A stretch of 64,000 nt of DNA from Octopus sinensis (lineage: Eukaryota): positions 868,001 through 932,000 of the forward strand of contig NC_043009.1 of NCBI RefSeq assembly GCF_006345805.1, written 5' to 3'. The position numbers and the translations under genes are program-made. A model generated the notes under the pieces. The model was not told where the DNA came from, did not search any database, and was given only the letters and a program-made list of their open reading frames with translations. The number at the start of each line of letters is the position of its first letter. Position 1 is the first letter of the stretch. Of this stretch, positions 24,770 to 36,476 are shown in pieces.

Positions 24770-25390
24770 CAGCATTTGAACGTGAGCTGCTAAGAGTTTT
24801 ATGGCATGGAAACACGATAATCTAGCAGATTCATATGGACGTGCCGTGTGTTTCTAAGCCATCCTCCGGGCCCGGTGTACATGGTAAGTCCTATTTGTTA
24901 ATACCAGAATGCTGGTCTGTGAGAAAACTCGAAAAAATAGAGAGAGGAGATTGACGCAAAAAAGTGCAACGAAAAAGTCGAAGTGGAATAAAAAAGAAAA
25001 GGAAAGAAAGCCAAGAGTTGCGTCCCCTTTGACCGTAGAAGTCAGAATCAATCTCGCTGGACAATTTTCTTCTGTCGATTGTGCAGCTGTCTCGCAGACT
25101 TTGGCTGAGGTTAATTATGATATCTACGGACGAAGGAGACACAACTTTTGGTTTTCTTCCTTTTCTTTCCAATTTTATTCTCCCTTTGTCTTCTCATTCC
25201 ACATTTTTTTTTTTACATTAACTTTTTTTTTTCTCATGTTATCTCCAAGACCAGATTCCTGGTTTTAACAAATACGACTTACCATTTGCACTGAACCTCA
25301 ACGATTGCTTGCAAGCACAAGGCATCATAAGTAAATCCGCCGCATTATCGGCTTTCCATGGCATTAGTAGCTCTTATTTAAATACTGCGT
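24770..25390. repeat. Old degenerate inverted repeat (arms ~24770-24925 / 25240-25390)
   Basis: atggcatggaaacacgataat...catggtaagtcctatttgttaataccag aligns with the reverse complement atgccatggaaagccgataat...aatggtaagtcgtatttgttaaaaccag. Confidence 0.7.
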
Positions 25391-25407
25391 ATATTAAATT
25401 ATATATA

Positions 25408-25862
25408 CCGTAAATCTTCGAGTATAGTCCACCCTCAAGTATAATAAGCAGGGGATTTTTAGGGGGCTGTACCTCTGAAAAACCTAAACCTTTTGTATAA
25501 TACGCACCCTTTCTCTAACTTAAGTCAAGGAGGTCTATATAACGTCCTTCGTTTGTAAAACTGTATACGCTAACGTCCTTTATTATTATTGTATATATAA
25601 CATAATGCAAACGTGTAGCTTTTTTGTGCATTTTGTTTACAGAAAATAAAGAAATAACAGTAATAACTTTTAATAAATGATGCTTACTGCAAGTTATGGA
25701 TGATTCTTTTATGGCTTCATTGCTCTCAGGCTTAGCTTAAGGTATTTTCGCGCCCGACATCACAAAATGCGTCGGAATAAACATTGCCGGACAGCAAATA
25801 GAGACTCGGACATTGGTTAGGAAATAATTTTCATTTTTCGGATTATACTCGAGGATTTACGG
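25408..25862. mobile_element. pogo/Tigger-like MITE
   Basis: TA|CCGTAAATCTTCGAGTATA ... TATACTCGAGGATTTACGG|TA. Confidence 0.8.
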
Positions 25863-28039
25863 TATACATTTGTCTTGATATAAAGTAATTAAATCCCAAA
25901 CAGACTTGTGTAAAGCTATCAACAGAATTTATAAAAGTCTAATTAATGAAATGAATTCTTTGTGTGCTCTTTTAAGCATCACATTTAAGGATCTACATCC
26001 AGCCCCACACTGAACTGTTCTCACTGAATAGCAAGGATCATGTGATTATGAGGGCTGGATCATGTGTTTATGAGGGCTGGATCATATGATACAGAAGATA
26101 TGTAAAACTTTCTACAGGAAGAATGTTAAGTCTCTTCCTTCTTATTGTGTATTGTTATCAGTTTTCAAACTCATAATTAATTAGGTTTAGATTAGTTTTC
26201 AAAACACTCTGAAGATGGAGATATCAACTGCACCCGATACAACGACCTCCACCCAGTCCCACCCTGAACTCCTGTTCTCACTGAATAACAAGAATCATAG
26301 GATTATGAGGACTGGATCATATGACACAGTAAATATGTAAGACTACCCACAGCAAGAATGTTAAGTCTCTGCCTTCTTTTTACAGATTATCTGACTGTCA
26401 ATTGGACTTGGATTAGTTTTTAAAACACGCTGGAGATGGAGATATTAATTTCACTGATAGAAGCTGACTGCAAGAGTTATAAAAGGCTCGTGCACTCGCT
26501 GTAAAAGCCAAATGCACTTGCTGTAGCCCAGACACATTTGAATTCAGCAATGATAGGGTGCAACCGATCACTGTTGTAACGAGGACACTTGTGGTAAACT
26601 AACACAGAACGTAGCCTTTGCACCCAAACAACGGATTTTCGTTTGTGTCTACTATCATGGATGCACCAGGCTGCATAACAGATTTGTACCAAAGACTGGA
26701 GATGCTGAGGTTTTCTTTTTTATCAAGAAGGAACACTTAATTAACCCTTTAGCATTCAAATTAGTGAAATGTTATATTCATTCATTAACGATGCTTTATC
26801 TTAGAGTTTTCAGATCTTGATGCTGTGATTGTTTATTTTTAGAATGACATTGTAGTGTAGGTATAAGAGGCCAGATATGGCCAGTCTGAACATAAAACAG
26901 GTAGAATATTTTGACTAGATATGGCTGGTTTAAATACTAAAAGGTGAAACTCACATCAGCTAAATCCAATGGATTAGTAGTTTAGTGAAGATTTCTAAAA
27001 TATTCCAGTGAGACACCATTTGAGTTTCCTGGAATAAATCCTTTATTAAATCCACAGAGATAGATGGTCTCATTTCACTGTCTCTCCCAAGAACTGGCAG
27101 AATTGTTAACACACCAGACGAAATGCTAAGTAATATTTTATCCATTTTTATGTTCTAATTTCAATTTTCACCATAGTCAACTTCGCCTTTCATATTTGGA
27201 GGGGGGGTCAATGAAATGAGGCACCAGTTGAGCACTGGCATCGATGGAATGAACTTTCCCCTCCCCAAAATTTCAGGCCTTGTGCCTATAGAAGAAATTA
27301 TTATTATTATTATTGAGTGAGAGAGCAGTGCATGCCATCAAAGTGACACTGGGGTAAAATATACGAAGCCCAATATACCCATCATGACTACCCGTCTGAT
27401 AAGGGTACACCAGGCACATGCATCACAACCATATGTACGTGACATGGTGATCTCATATCAAGATAAACAGCACATGACCTTGCAGACTGGGTCAAGTTAG
27501 AATTTCCTTCAAGTCAAGTAACCTATCCCACTCAAAAGGTCTCTGAATAAGGGTTGTTTAAGGATGTTGAAAGAACCACCCATGTTTCCAGAGGTGAACT
27601 ATTCAAACCCCAAAGAATCCCTCTCAACACATGGCTATGATGCTCCCTGACTATTTCTGCTCGTGATCAGAGATGCACATATCGTCAGCCACTAAGGGAC
27701 ATGCTCAACTGGTTAAGGTCAAACAACTGACAAGCAAATCTGCAGTATTAAGCAGAATATTTGCTGTAGCCCATCTTTTATTATTATTATTATTATCATT
27801 TAAGGTGGTCAGCTGGCAGAGTTGTTAGCACGCCAGGCAAAATACTTCACAGCATTTCATCCATCTTTACATTCTGAGTTCAAATTCCGCTGAGTTTAAC
27901 TTTACCTTTCATCCTTTTGGGGTCAATAAAGTACCAGTTGGGCACTGGGGTTGATGCTAGTGACTTACCCCTTCCTACAAAATTAATGGCTTTGAGCTGA
28001 AATCTGAAACTGTTATTATCATCCTCATTATTATTATTA

Positions 28040-28405
28040 TTATTGGTGGTGGTCGCGGACAACCGCCTCTCCATTTCAAGGATGGGGTGAAAACATGAGA
28101 TGAAGGCCATGAATAATGAATACCAAAAGCTGGGAGAACCTGGCAAAAGACTGTTCCTGCTGGAGACAGACGCTGAGTACCACCCTGAGTGATGGAGAAG
28201 ATGAGATACGTCAGACAGCAGAGGACAGACAGAGACGCAGGAAGAGCAAACCACCAACAAACGACCAACTGACCAACCACATTTGTGACCGTTGCAGCCA
28301 TGACTGTCACTCACGCATTGGCCTTGTCAGTCACAAACGATGCTGCAACACCAATCCAATCCAAGGCGTAGATCTGTAGTCTTTCGAGACTATCGGATGC
28401 CAATC
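28040..28405 (+). mobile_element. RTE LINE 3' fragment
   Basis: GGRGQPPLHFKDGVK...SWENLAKD...CDRCSHDCHSRIGLVSHKRCC. Confidence 0.8.
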
Positions 28406-28617
28406 AGTAGTAAAGTGGTAAGCTGGCAGAATCGTTAGCATACTGGACAGAATTTCATCCATCATTTCTTTGTGAGTTCAAATTCTGCCAAGGTTCACTT
28501 TGCCTTTCTTCCTTTCAGGGTCAATGACTTAAATACCAGTTGAGCACTGGGGTTAATGTACTTGATTAGCACCCTCCACCCAAAAATTTCAAACTTTGTA
28601 CCTTTCGTAGAAAGGAC

Positions 28618-28649
<32 letters not shown>

Positions 28650-28665
28650 TATTATTATTATTATT

Positions 28666-29217
28666 GAGTGAGAGAGCAGTGCATGCCATCACAGTGACAC
28701 TGGGGTAAAATATACGAAGCCCAATATACCCATCATGACTACCCATCTGATAAGGGTACACCAGGCACATGCATCACAACCATATGTACGTGACATGGTG
28801 ATCTCATATCAAGATAAACAGTGCATGACCTTGCAGATAGGGCCCAGTTAGAATTTTCTGGTCAAGTAACCCACACCACTCAAAAGGTCCCTGAATAAGG
28901 ATTGTTTAAGGATGTTGAACGAAACACCCATCTTTCCAGAGATGAATTCTCCAAACCCCAAAGAATCCCTATCAACATATGGCTATGATGCTCCCCCACT
29001 ACTTCTGCTCAGGGTCAGAGATGCACATATCGTCAGCCACCAAGGGACATGGTCAACTGGTTATGGTCAAACAACTGACAAGCAAATCTGTGGTATTGAG
29101 CAGAATATTTGCTGTAGCCCATCTTTTATACCAAGACAAAACAATGTACATGATAACACTTCCAATCAGTTAAGATCAGAAGCTACGAGAGCCACTGCCT
29201 GGTACTGCATCAGGGCA
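28666..29217 (-). mobile_element. ~550-bp unclassified retroposon-like repeat; other copies at 15696-16232, 16885-16990, 27313-27778 and 50370-50735
   Basis: Five aligned copies with a shared left end abutting (ATT)n and variable right-end truncation. Confidence 0.75.
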
Positions 29218-29275
29218 TTTATTATTATTATTATTATTATTGTTATTATTACAATTATTATTATTAAATTCTTAC

Positions 29276-29457
29276 CTTTGTGAAGTCCTCGACAAATAAA
29301 TCGAATAAATAAAGTATTTGGGGGTCCAGGGCCTGAAAGACCTTGCTTCAAACACTGCAAAGTCTTGTAACAAAACATATTACTTCTGATGTGCTGGAGT
29401 ATCATGTTCTCATCAAACGCAACAATCGAAGTAACATGTTCGCACCTAATACAACAA
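29276..29457 (-). CDS. SLC30A9: SLC30A9 probable first coding exon (5'UTR 29457-29406; ATG at 29405; MILQHIRSNMFCYKTLQCLKQGLSGPGPPNTLFIRFICRGLHK)
   Basis: Strong acceptor (tttgttttctgtttgcag) and donor (AAAG|gtaaga) on the minus strand. The 130 coding nt end in phase 1, matching the next exon. The peptide is basic with no acidic residues, as expected of a mitochondrial presequence. There is no sequence homology support, so the assignment is inferred. Confidence 0.65.
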
Positions 29458-30309
29458 CTGCAAACAGAAAACAAAAACAACAAATGACTCACAGGAAAGA
29501 TAATAAAAAAACAGGTCAAAAGAATATAAATAAATATTATGTACATACACAAGTGTGTGTTTATATATATATATATGCATATATTATCATCGGAGCACTG
29601 CATCCTTCAAAACTTCCATGCTTCCTGAGATTCGCTAACACTACACCTGATTTTCTCCCCTCCATACACATGAAAGCATGTATCTGACTCATACATTGTT
29701 CACTTTCCAGACATTTGTACATTACTGCATATGCTTCATATGCACTTTTGACAAGTTGTGGTGCACCTGAGCACTGTATACAATCATTTCATTATATATT
29801 ATATATCGTTTTGTTTGGCTGCACCTCTAGAAATGTATAATTCATACAATTATGAAAAAACAAAAATATTTTTTTGGTGTGTGATTTAAGGCCTATTTAG
29901 CCATTATTTTCAAGACATATCTCAACAACCACCTCATACCTCATGTGTTTCAAGCATTCAATAAGTGAAAAATGACCACATGGGTAAGCAGATTAGTAAC
30001 AGCCGGCTTGTTACTATGGAAACAGATGCTTATATGTCTGTGGCTTTCGACCGGCTAAAATTAACCAAAATTTGTAAACTTTAAAAGCTATTAGCTCTTT
30101 ATTTATTGATTTACAGCAAAAATGAATTTCATGTCAATAATCACCATACAAAACTACACCAATGCACCAAATATGAAATTGATTGGAACGAAAATTTAAG
30201 AAATTGAAAAGTGGCAGCCAAACAAAAGATCCCACAAAAACAAAAAAGATAAATTGTTTTTATATATGAAAGAAATTGTATACAGTGCTCAGGTAGACTA
30301 CAACAGAAA

Positions 30310-31150
30310 AAAAAGCCATTAGGTGTACTGATGGCTTTTCAAGAAGCATGGAAGTTTTGAAGGATGTAGTATCTTGACAGCTAACAACTGATGCAGGTAG
30401 TTTATTCTATGCTTCAATAATTCTGAGCATCCAAAAATGTTTCTGAAAGTCATAGGTGCTGTGTTGTTTTTTATTTTGTGAGCATGTCCATGAGTGTTTG
30501 ACATATGGAATTCAAAAAGATGCCCAATGTTGTCGTTGGAAAGATGATGGATAATCTTGTGGGTGTCAACCAAGTCAGTTGCCAGACGTCTGGGCTTCAA
30601 TGTGTTCATAGTCTGGAAAGCAAGACATTCAGAGTACGGTAGACATACTTGTTTTGTTGCATGTTTCTGAACAGTTTCCAAGAGATTTATGTGCTGAGCA
30701 AGATAGGGGTTCCAGACTGGTGATGCAGACTCTAAGTGTGGCCACACCATAGCCATACACAACTTAAATAGATAGCTGGAGAGTGGCTGGCAAAAGATTT
30801 TACTGAGTGATGCTAGGACACCCTCAGCCTTCTTGGTAATCTTAGAGATGTGGTTTGTCCAACACAGATTGCTGTTTACAATAATATCCAGATCACGTTC
30901 ACTAGAAGACTTCTCGAGATTGGTATTACTGAGGGAGTATGTAAAGGCTAGGTCTTTCCTCCCAAAATGCATGGTGATGCACTTGTCCACAGCTAGAGAT
31001 CCATTGCTGCATTGTGTTCAGGTCTGAACGCATAGGATCTGTCTAGCATGATGTCAGTTGCATATTTCGACACTAACTTTCCTCAAGTTGGTCTTTATGT
31101 CATTAATATGTGCAACAAACAGTAGGGGTCCAAGAATGGATCCCTGTGGT
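30310..31150 (-). mobile_element. CR1-clade LINE RT/C-terminal fragment
   Basis: DKCITMHFGRK...ERDLDIIVNSNLCWTNHISKITKKA...LYMAMVWPHLE-like...LETVQKHATK. Confidence 0.9.
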
Positions 31151-32073
31151 ACACCAGAAGTCGTATATATATTTAGGGCGGCGAGCTGGCAGAAACGTTA
31201 ACACACCGGGTGAAATGCTTAGCGGTATTTCGTCTGCCAGTGCATTCTGAGTTCAAATTCCATCGAGGTCGACTTTGCCTTTCATCCTTTCGGGGTTGAT
31301 TAAATAAGTACCAGTTATGCACTGGGGTCGATATAATTGACTTAATCCATTTGTCTGTCTTTGTTTGTCCCCTCTGTGTGTAGCTCCTTGTGGGCAATAA
31401 AGAAATAAGAAGTCATATATATCTCCTCCTCCGCATCCTCATCAACAACATCATCTCATTGAACATTCACCTTTCCATACTTCCATGGGTCAAATGGAAT
31501 TTGTTGAGACAGATTTTTCTATAACTGGATGCCCATCCTGTTGCAAATCAACCCCAGGACTTATTCTATTGGTTTCTTTGCTGAACCGCTACATTACGGG
31601 GACATAAACACAGCAGCATCAGTTGTCAAGCGATGTGGTGGGGGGTACAAACACAGAGACATAAACACACACACACACACATATATATACGACAGGCTTC
31701 TTTCAGTTTCCGTCTGCCAAATCCACTCACAAGGCTTTGGTCGGCCCGAGGCTATAGTAGAAGACACTTGCCCAAGGTGCTACGCAGTAGGACTGAACCC
31801 GGAACCATGTGATTGGTAAGCAAGCTACTTACCACACAGCCACTCCTGCGCCTATGTAAAAGATTCCACTGAGAAGACCAGAAATTTAAGAGCAAAAGAA
31901 AGCTACTCATCACCAATGATTCCAGTCAGCCCAAACAACAGCTACTGATGTGGAGGAGGAGGGAGAGAGAGGAAATGAACAAAAAGGTCAAGAAGTGCAC
32001 TTAACAGCTAGGCAACTCATATATTTAGGGCCTAGTGTAAGAAATACCTTTATATACATATATACATATATAT

Positions 32074-32460
32074 ACGTATATTTGCCATCTCAATATGGCT
32101 AACCCCTAAGGGTGGATGCTACTGTAGTTTTTAGCCCCAGGAGGACACACTCCTCCAGCTGGCCATAGACACACTTTCTGTGCCCTATCAGTATTTGGAA
32201 AAAGTATAAGTATTTGTGAAGGAGATCTAATTCTCGCCGACAACTATGATTGTCACACGCTGACGAGAGGTCAATACCTCGAAACTCGAGTCCGTGTGTA
32301 TCATAAGTTGAAGACGGGAAGGATGACTTCCCTTTGCAAATACTGATAGGGCACAGAAAGTGTGTCTATGGCCAGCTGGAGGAGTGTGTCCTCCTGGGGC
32401 TAAAAACTACAGTAGCATCCACCCTTAGGGGTTAGCCATATTGAGATGGCAAATATACGT
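32074..32460. repeat. Perfect 124-bp inverted repeat (32074-32197 / 32337-32460) with a 139-bp spacer; probable Penelope-like pseudo-LTR fold-back
   Basis: Arms compared base by base are identical. The spacer holds the hammerhead. Confidence 0.85.
32245..32305 (+). ncRNA. Minimal type I hammerhead ribozyme (Penelope-type)
   Basis: CACACG-CTGACGA-GAGGT(CAAT)ACCTC-GAAAC(TCGA)GTC|CGTGTG. All core nucleotides are present, with a 6-bp stem I plus distal TATGAT/ATCATA, a 5-bp stem II, a palindromic stem III and a GUC cleavage triplet. Confidence 0.85.
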
Positions 32461-32511
32461 CACGATGTGTTACCGCTACTGTATATAACTCACTTTGATA
32501 TTTATCATTGT

Positions 32512-32555
<44 letters not shown>

Positions 32556-33017
32556 AAAAATTTATATATAAAGAACGTGAAATACACGAAGGGACGAACA
32601 CGGAAAACAGACAAGTCATTCGAAGCCTTCAATCTTCAGTCAGAAACCGAATCATCATGGCAAATTTTGGCTGATTAATTCTGATATTTGCTCCAACTCG
32701 GCCAGCCCCAAGGAAAAAAACTAAGCTGTGAGCATTATATTTCTTGGTAGAAGGAAAGAATGTAAACACAACAGAGAATACAAGAATACAAGAAACGAAA
32801 ACAAAATTGATAAACAATAATGGTTAAAAACAGGATAACAGCGGGTGATTGAGCAGACCTATCATCAAAGTCATTCCAGCTATGACTATCATGTCATATT
32901 ATATATCTAGGATTCTGTGTGTAGTCCTTGATTTAAGGGAAATTTGGCTGCTGTTTCTAGCTGGGAGCATCCACATAAAGGCTTTGTTGCCGGCATTCTC
33001 TCTCTCTCTCTCATATA

Positions 33018-33058
<41 letters not shown>

Positions 33059-33324
33059 CCTTTTTAGTAGAAGAAATAGCTATAACCCTTTGACTGCTAT
33101 TTCTAAATTCGGTATGTGGTAAGGCAACTCGTTGCTAAACCCTTATTGCTTAGTATATATATATATATATATCACACACAGGTACATGCATGTATGTGTG
33201 TGTTATATACAAACATGAGCCTACCTACCCACACACACACAGACAGGCATGTATATATATATATGTATGTATACATAGCTAGACAAATATATATATATAT
33301 AATATATGTATGTAACATAGCTAG

Positions 33325-33389
<65 letters not shown>

Positions 33390-33394
33390 GTGTA

Positions 33395-34165
33395 TGATGA
33401 TGATGATGGCAATCCCTCAAGGTCGAGGATGATGGTCTTCGCGCAAATTTACTGGTGAGTCCATAGGTGACCGATAAGGCCAATTCTTGCTTGAAAAGAT
33501 CGGTCGCAGTGCGGACATCTAGTGTCGGAAGGGAGAGTCGCACATGGTTGTTGCTGGCACTCCTTCCGTAGTCGTCTTTTCTCCTCCAGCTCTGCAGACC
33601 TTTTTGACTCGAAAGTCGCCGCTCCCTCATGGATGGTGGTTTTCCAGAGTGGTCTGTTTTTTGCCGTTTCCTCCCAGTTGAAGTCAATGTCACACTTTTT
33701 GAGGTTCGTTTTCAAGGAGTCCTTGTAGCGTTTCTTCTGGCCTCCTTTTGTACGCTTGCCGCCTTTGAGTTGGGAGTAGAAGATCTGTTTGGGAAGTCGT
33801 TCGTCAGTCATTCTAACCACGTGACTGCTCCATCTTAGTTGGCCTTTGATGGCATAGGCTTCGATGCTGGTCATTTTTGCTTCTTGTAGCACGCTGACGT
33901 TTGTTCTTCTGTCTTCCCAGCTGATGTTAAGGATCTTCCAAAGACAGCGTTGGTGAAATTTCTCAAGCGTTTTCAGGTGGTGACTATACGGGGTCCAGGT
34001 TTCGGATGCGTAAAGGAGGGTTGGAATTATGACTGCCCTGTACACCATGAGTTTGGTTTCGGTTCAGATGTCCCGATCAGCAAAAACTCTTGTTCGAAGC
34101 TTGCCGAAAGCTGTTCCTGCACACTTCAGACAGTATTGGATTTCATCGCTGAGGTCTACTTTTGC
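33395..34165 (-). mobile_element. 5'-truncated RTE-clade LINE, young
   Basis: Uninterrupted 199-aa ORF (VYRAVIIPTLLYASETW...QLRWSSHVVRM...LPKQIFYSQL...CPHCDRSFQARIGLIGHLWTH), a short 3'UTR and a (CAT)n tail. Confidence 0.95.
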
Positions 34166-34719
34166 TAACAGATGTGTGTATAAGGATGAAAAGGAACACA
34201 CGAGTTGATATATACGAAAAAACAAGTCAAGATAGATATTGCTAAAATAATTTGATAAAGAACATTTCAGTCATTTTGAGACCTTTTCAACTTTAAGTGA
34301 TACAACACCTCACTACTTCCACTCATTCATATGCCCCCTTCTCTTTCTTCTTTTTCATCGTCTTCTTTTTCTCCCCCTTCTACTTCCTAACTTTATCACT
34401 AATGCTTTATAGTATAACACCTAAGCAAATAAGCAAATTCTATAAACAAACCTTTCAATAGAAATATTCTCATGAATTGAACAGCAACTGCTAGCTGACC
34501 ACCCAAAATAAGGCACTCCCAAATCCTCCCCCCCCTTCTCCTCATCCTTCTTCTTCTTCCCTACCAAGAATTCACAAAGACCTGGAACCCACAAGTGTAA
34601 ACAAGAGAGACAGAGAAAGGCAGCAACAAGGAAAATGCCACTTATATTTGAACACTATACAAATATTCTTTTTAAAAACTTTGCTTTTAATTTTTCTAAA
34701 TTTAATTATTTAACCGTTA

Positions 34720-34760
34720 CAGTTGAAAAGGTCTCAAAATGACCGAAACCAGTACTGAAA
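34720..34760 (+). ncRNA. Hammerhead-like motif with U3:A8 core variant
   Basis: CAG-TTGAAAA-GGTC(TCAAAAT)GACC-GAAAC(CA)GTA|CTG, inside the right arm of an inverted repeat (34216-34293 / 34722-34809). Confidence 0.55.
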
Positions 34761-35106
34761 TGTTCTTTATAAAATTATTTAAGCATTTTCTATCTTGACT
34801 TGTTTTTTCATATATATATATATATATATATTGGTAAAAACGGTAAGATAACAAAAGATAGAAAGAGACGTCAATATTATGTAAATAGAGGAAATTTATC
34901 TGTAAAATAATATGTTACAATTATTCTGTAGCCAAGATAACCAAGATGGCCAGATAACCAAAGAGATGGTGTTGTGGATTTCCACATTGGCATCCAAAAC
35001 TCAGAGTTTTATCTTGGCTACCATATAATTGTCACATATTATTTTACAGATATATATACATATATATATACACATATATATACATACATATACATATATA
35101 TACATA

Positions 35107-36398
35107 CGAGGGACGTTCAGTAAGTAATGCCTCTGACCCACTTGCCGTTGTTTGATCTTGCTGAAATTTTGCATGTGCAATTATTCATATCTCTATAGAT
35201 TACGTGGCAAATTACAGCTCCGAACTAATTGTGGTTTCTAATTTACAGGTGTTTGAACTGAGTCAAGTGTGAAATAGAGCCTGTTGAGTGTCGAGCAGTG
35301 GTCCAGGTTTTGTATTTGAAAGGACGCACACCACAGGAGACTTTTGATGAAATGAAAGTAACTTATGATAATGATGCCCCATCATATGACCTTGTAAAAC
35401 GCTGGCATTGTGAATTCAAACATGGTCGGAACTCTGTGGAAACAGCTCCCAGATCTAGTCGCACCCCTTCTGCCATTGATGAGGCATCTGTCCGTCAAGT
35501 TGAGGCTGCCATTTTGGAAGATCGACGCATAACTATTCGCCAAATAGCCCATGAGGGCAAGATTAATACCGGGTCTGTGGAAACTATCATTCATGACCAT
35601 TTGCATATGCAAAAGGTGTCTGCCAGATGGATTCCCATGTTGCTCACACCTTTCCAGAAGCAAGAACGCGTCGAGTGCTCGAGGACGAATTTGGAGATGT
35701 GCCAAGAAGATGAGTCAAAATTTTTCAAAAGACTGATTACACAGGATGAAACCTGGGTCCATCACGATGATCCAGAGACCAAAGCCCAGTCAATGCAGTG
35801 GAAACACCGTGACTCACCTCCTCCAAAAAAGGCAAGGGTGCAGCCCTCCGCTGGCAAGGTCATGCTCACAGTCTTCTGGGACGAGGACGGAGTAGAGATG
35901 ACAGATTTCCTGGCAAAAGGTACCACAATTACAGGAGCCTATTATGCTTCACTTTTGAGGAAATTAAGAGAAGCTATCAAAATCAAGAGGCGGGGCAAGA
36001 TCAGCAAAGGCATCCTCCTCCTGCAGGACAACGCTCCGGTCCACAACTCGCGTGTCGCCAGATCAGAAGCACAGGCGTGCGGCTATGAACACTTCCCCCA
36101 TCCCCCTACTTCCCTGACCTTGCACCCTCGGATTTTCACCTCTTCCCAGCCATGAAGTTGTTTTTGAAAGGAAAGCGTTTCCCAGATGATGCAGCTTTGA
36201 TTTCTGAAGTCACGTCGTGGTTGGAGGACCAAGCTGGGGTCTTCTACAAAAACGGTCTCCAGAGCTGCATCAAACGATGGGAGAAATGTGTAACTCTGGG
36301 TGGTTCCTATGTAGAAAAAGACTAATAACTGTACCAAGTTTCGGTGCTCTACTGCTATGGGAAGTGGGTCAGGGGCATTACTTATTGAATGCCCCTCG
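35107..36398 (+). mobile_element. Full-length (1292 bp) mariner element with a disrupted transposase
   Basis: TA TSDs and ~40-bp TIRs. ORF 35298-36155 has WIP(M)LLT, ITQDETW and LLQDNAPVH. A frameshift at HPP hides YFPDLAPSDF...RWEKCVTLGGSYVEKD* (stop ~36325). The start codon appears mutated (ATA GAG CCT). Confidence 0.95.
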
Positions 36399-36399
36399 T

Positions 36400-36444
36400 A
36401 CATATACATATATATACATACATTATATATATGTATATATATAT

Positions 36445-36476
<32 letters not shown>

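Noticed and set aside
26477-26700. Cys-rich short frames
   Set aside because: There are stops in all + frames and no recognisable family.
32600-32680. CTGAAGA-containing repeat (second copy at 39945-39995) as a hammerhead
   Set aside because: Neither copy has GAAA in register or a stem I. It is left as an unclassified repeat.
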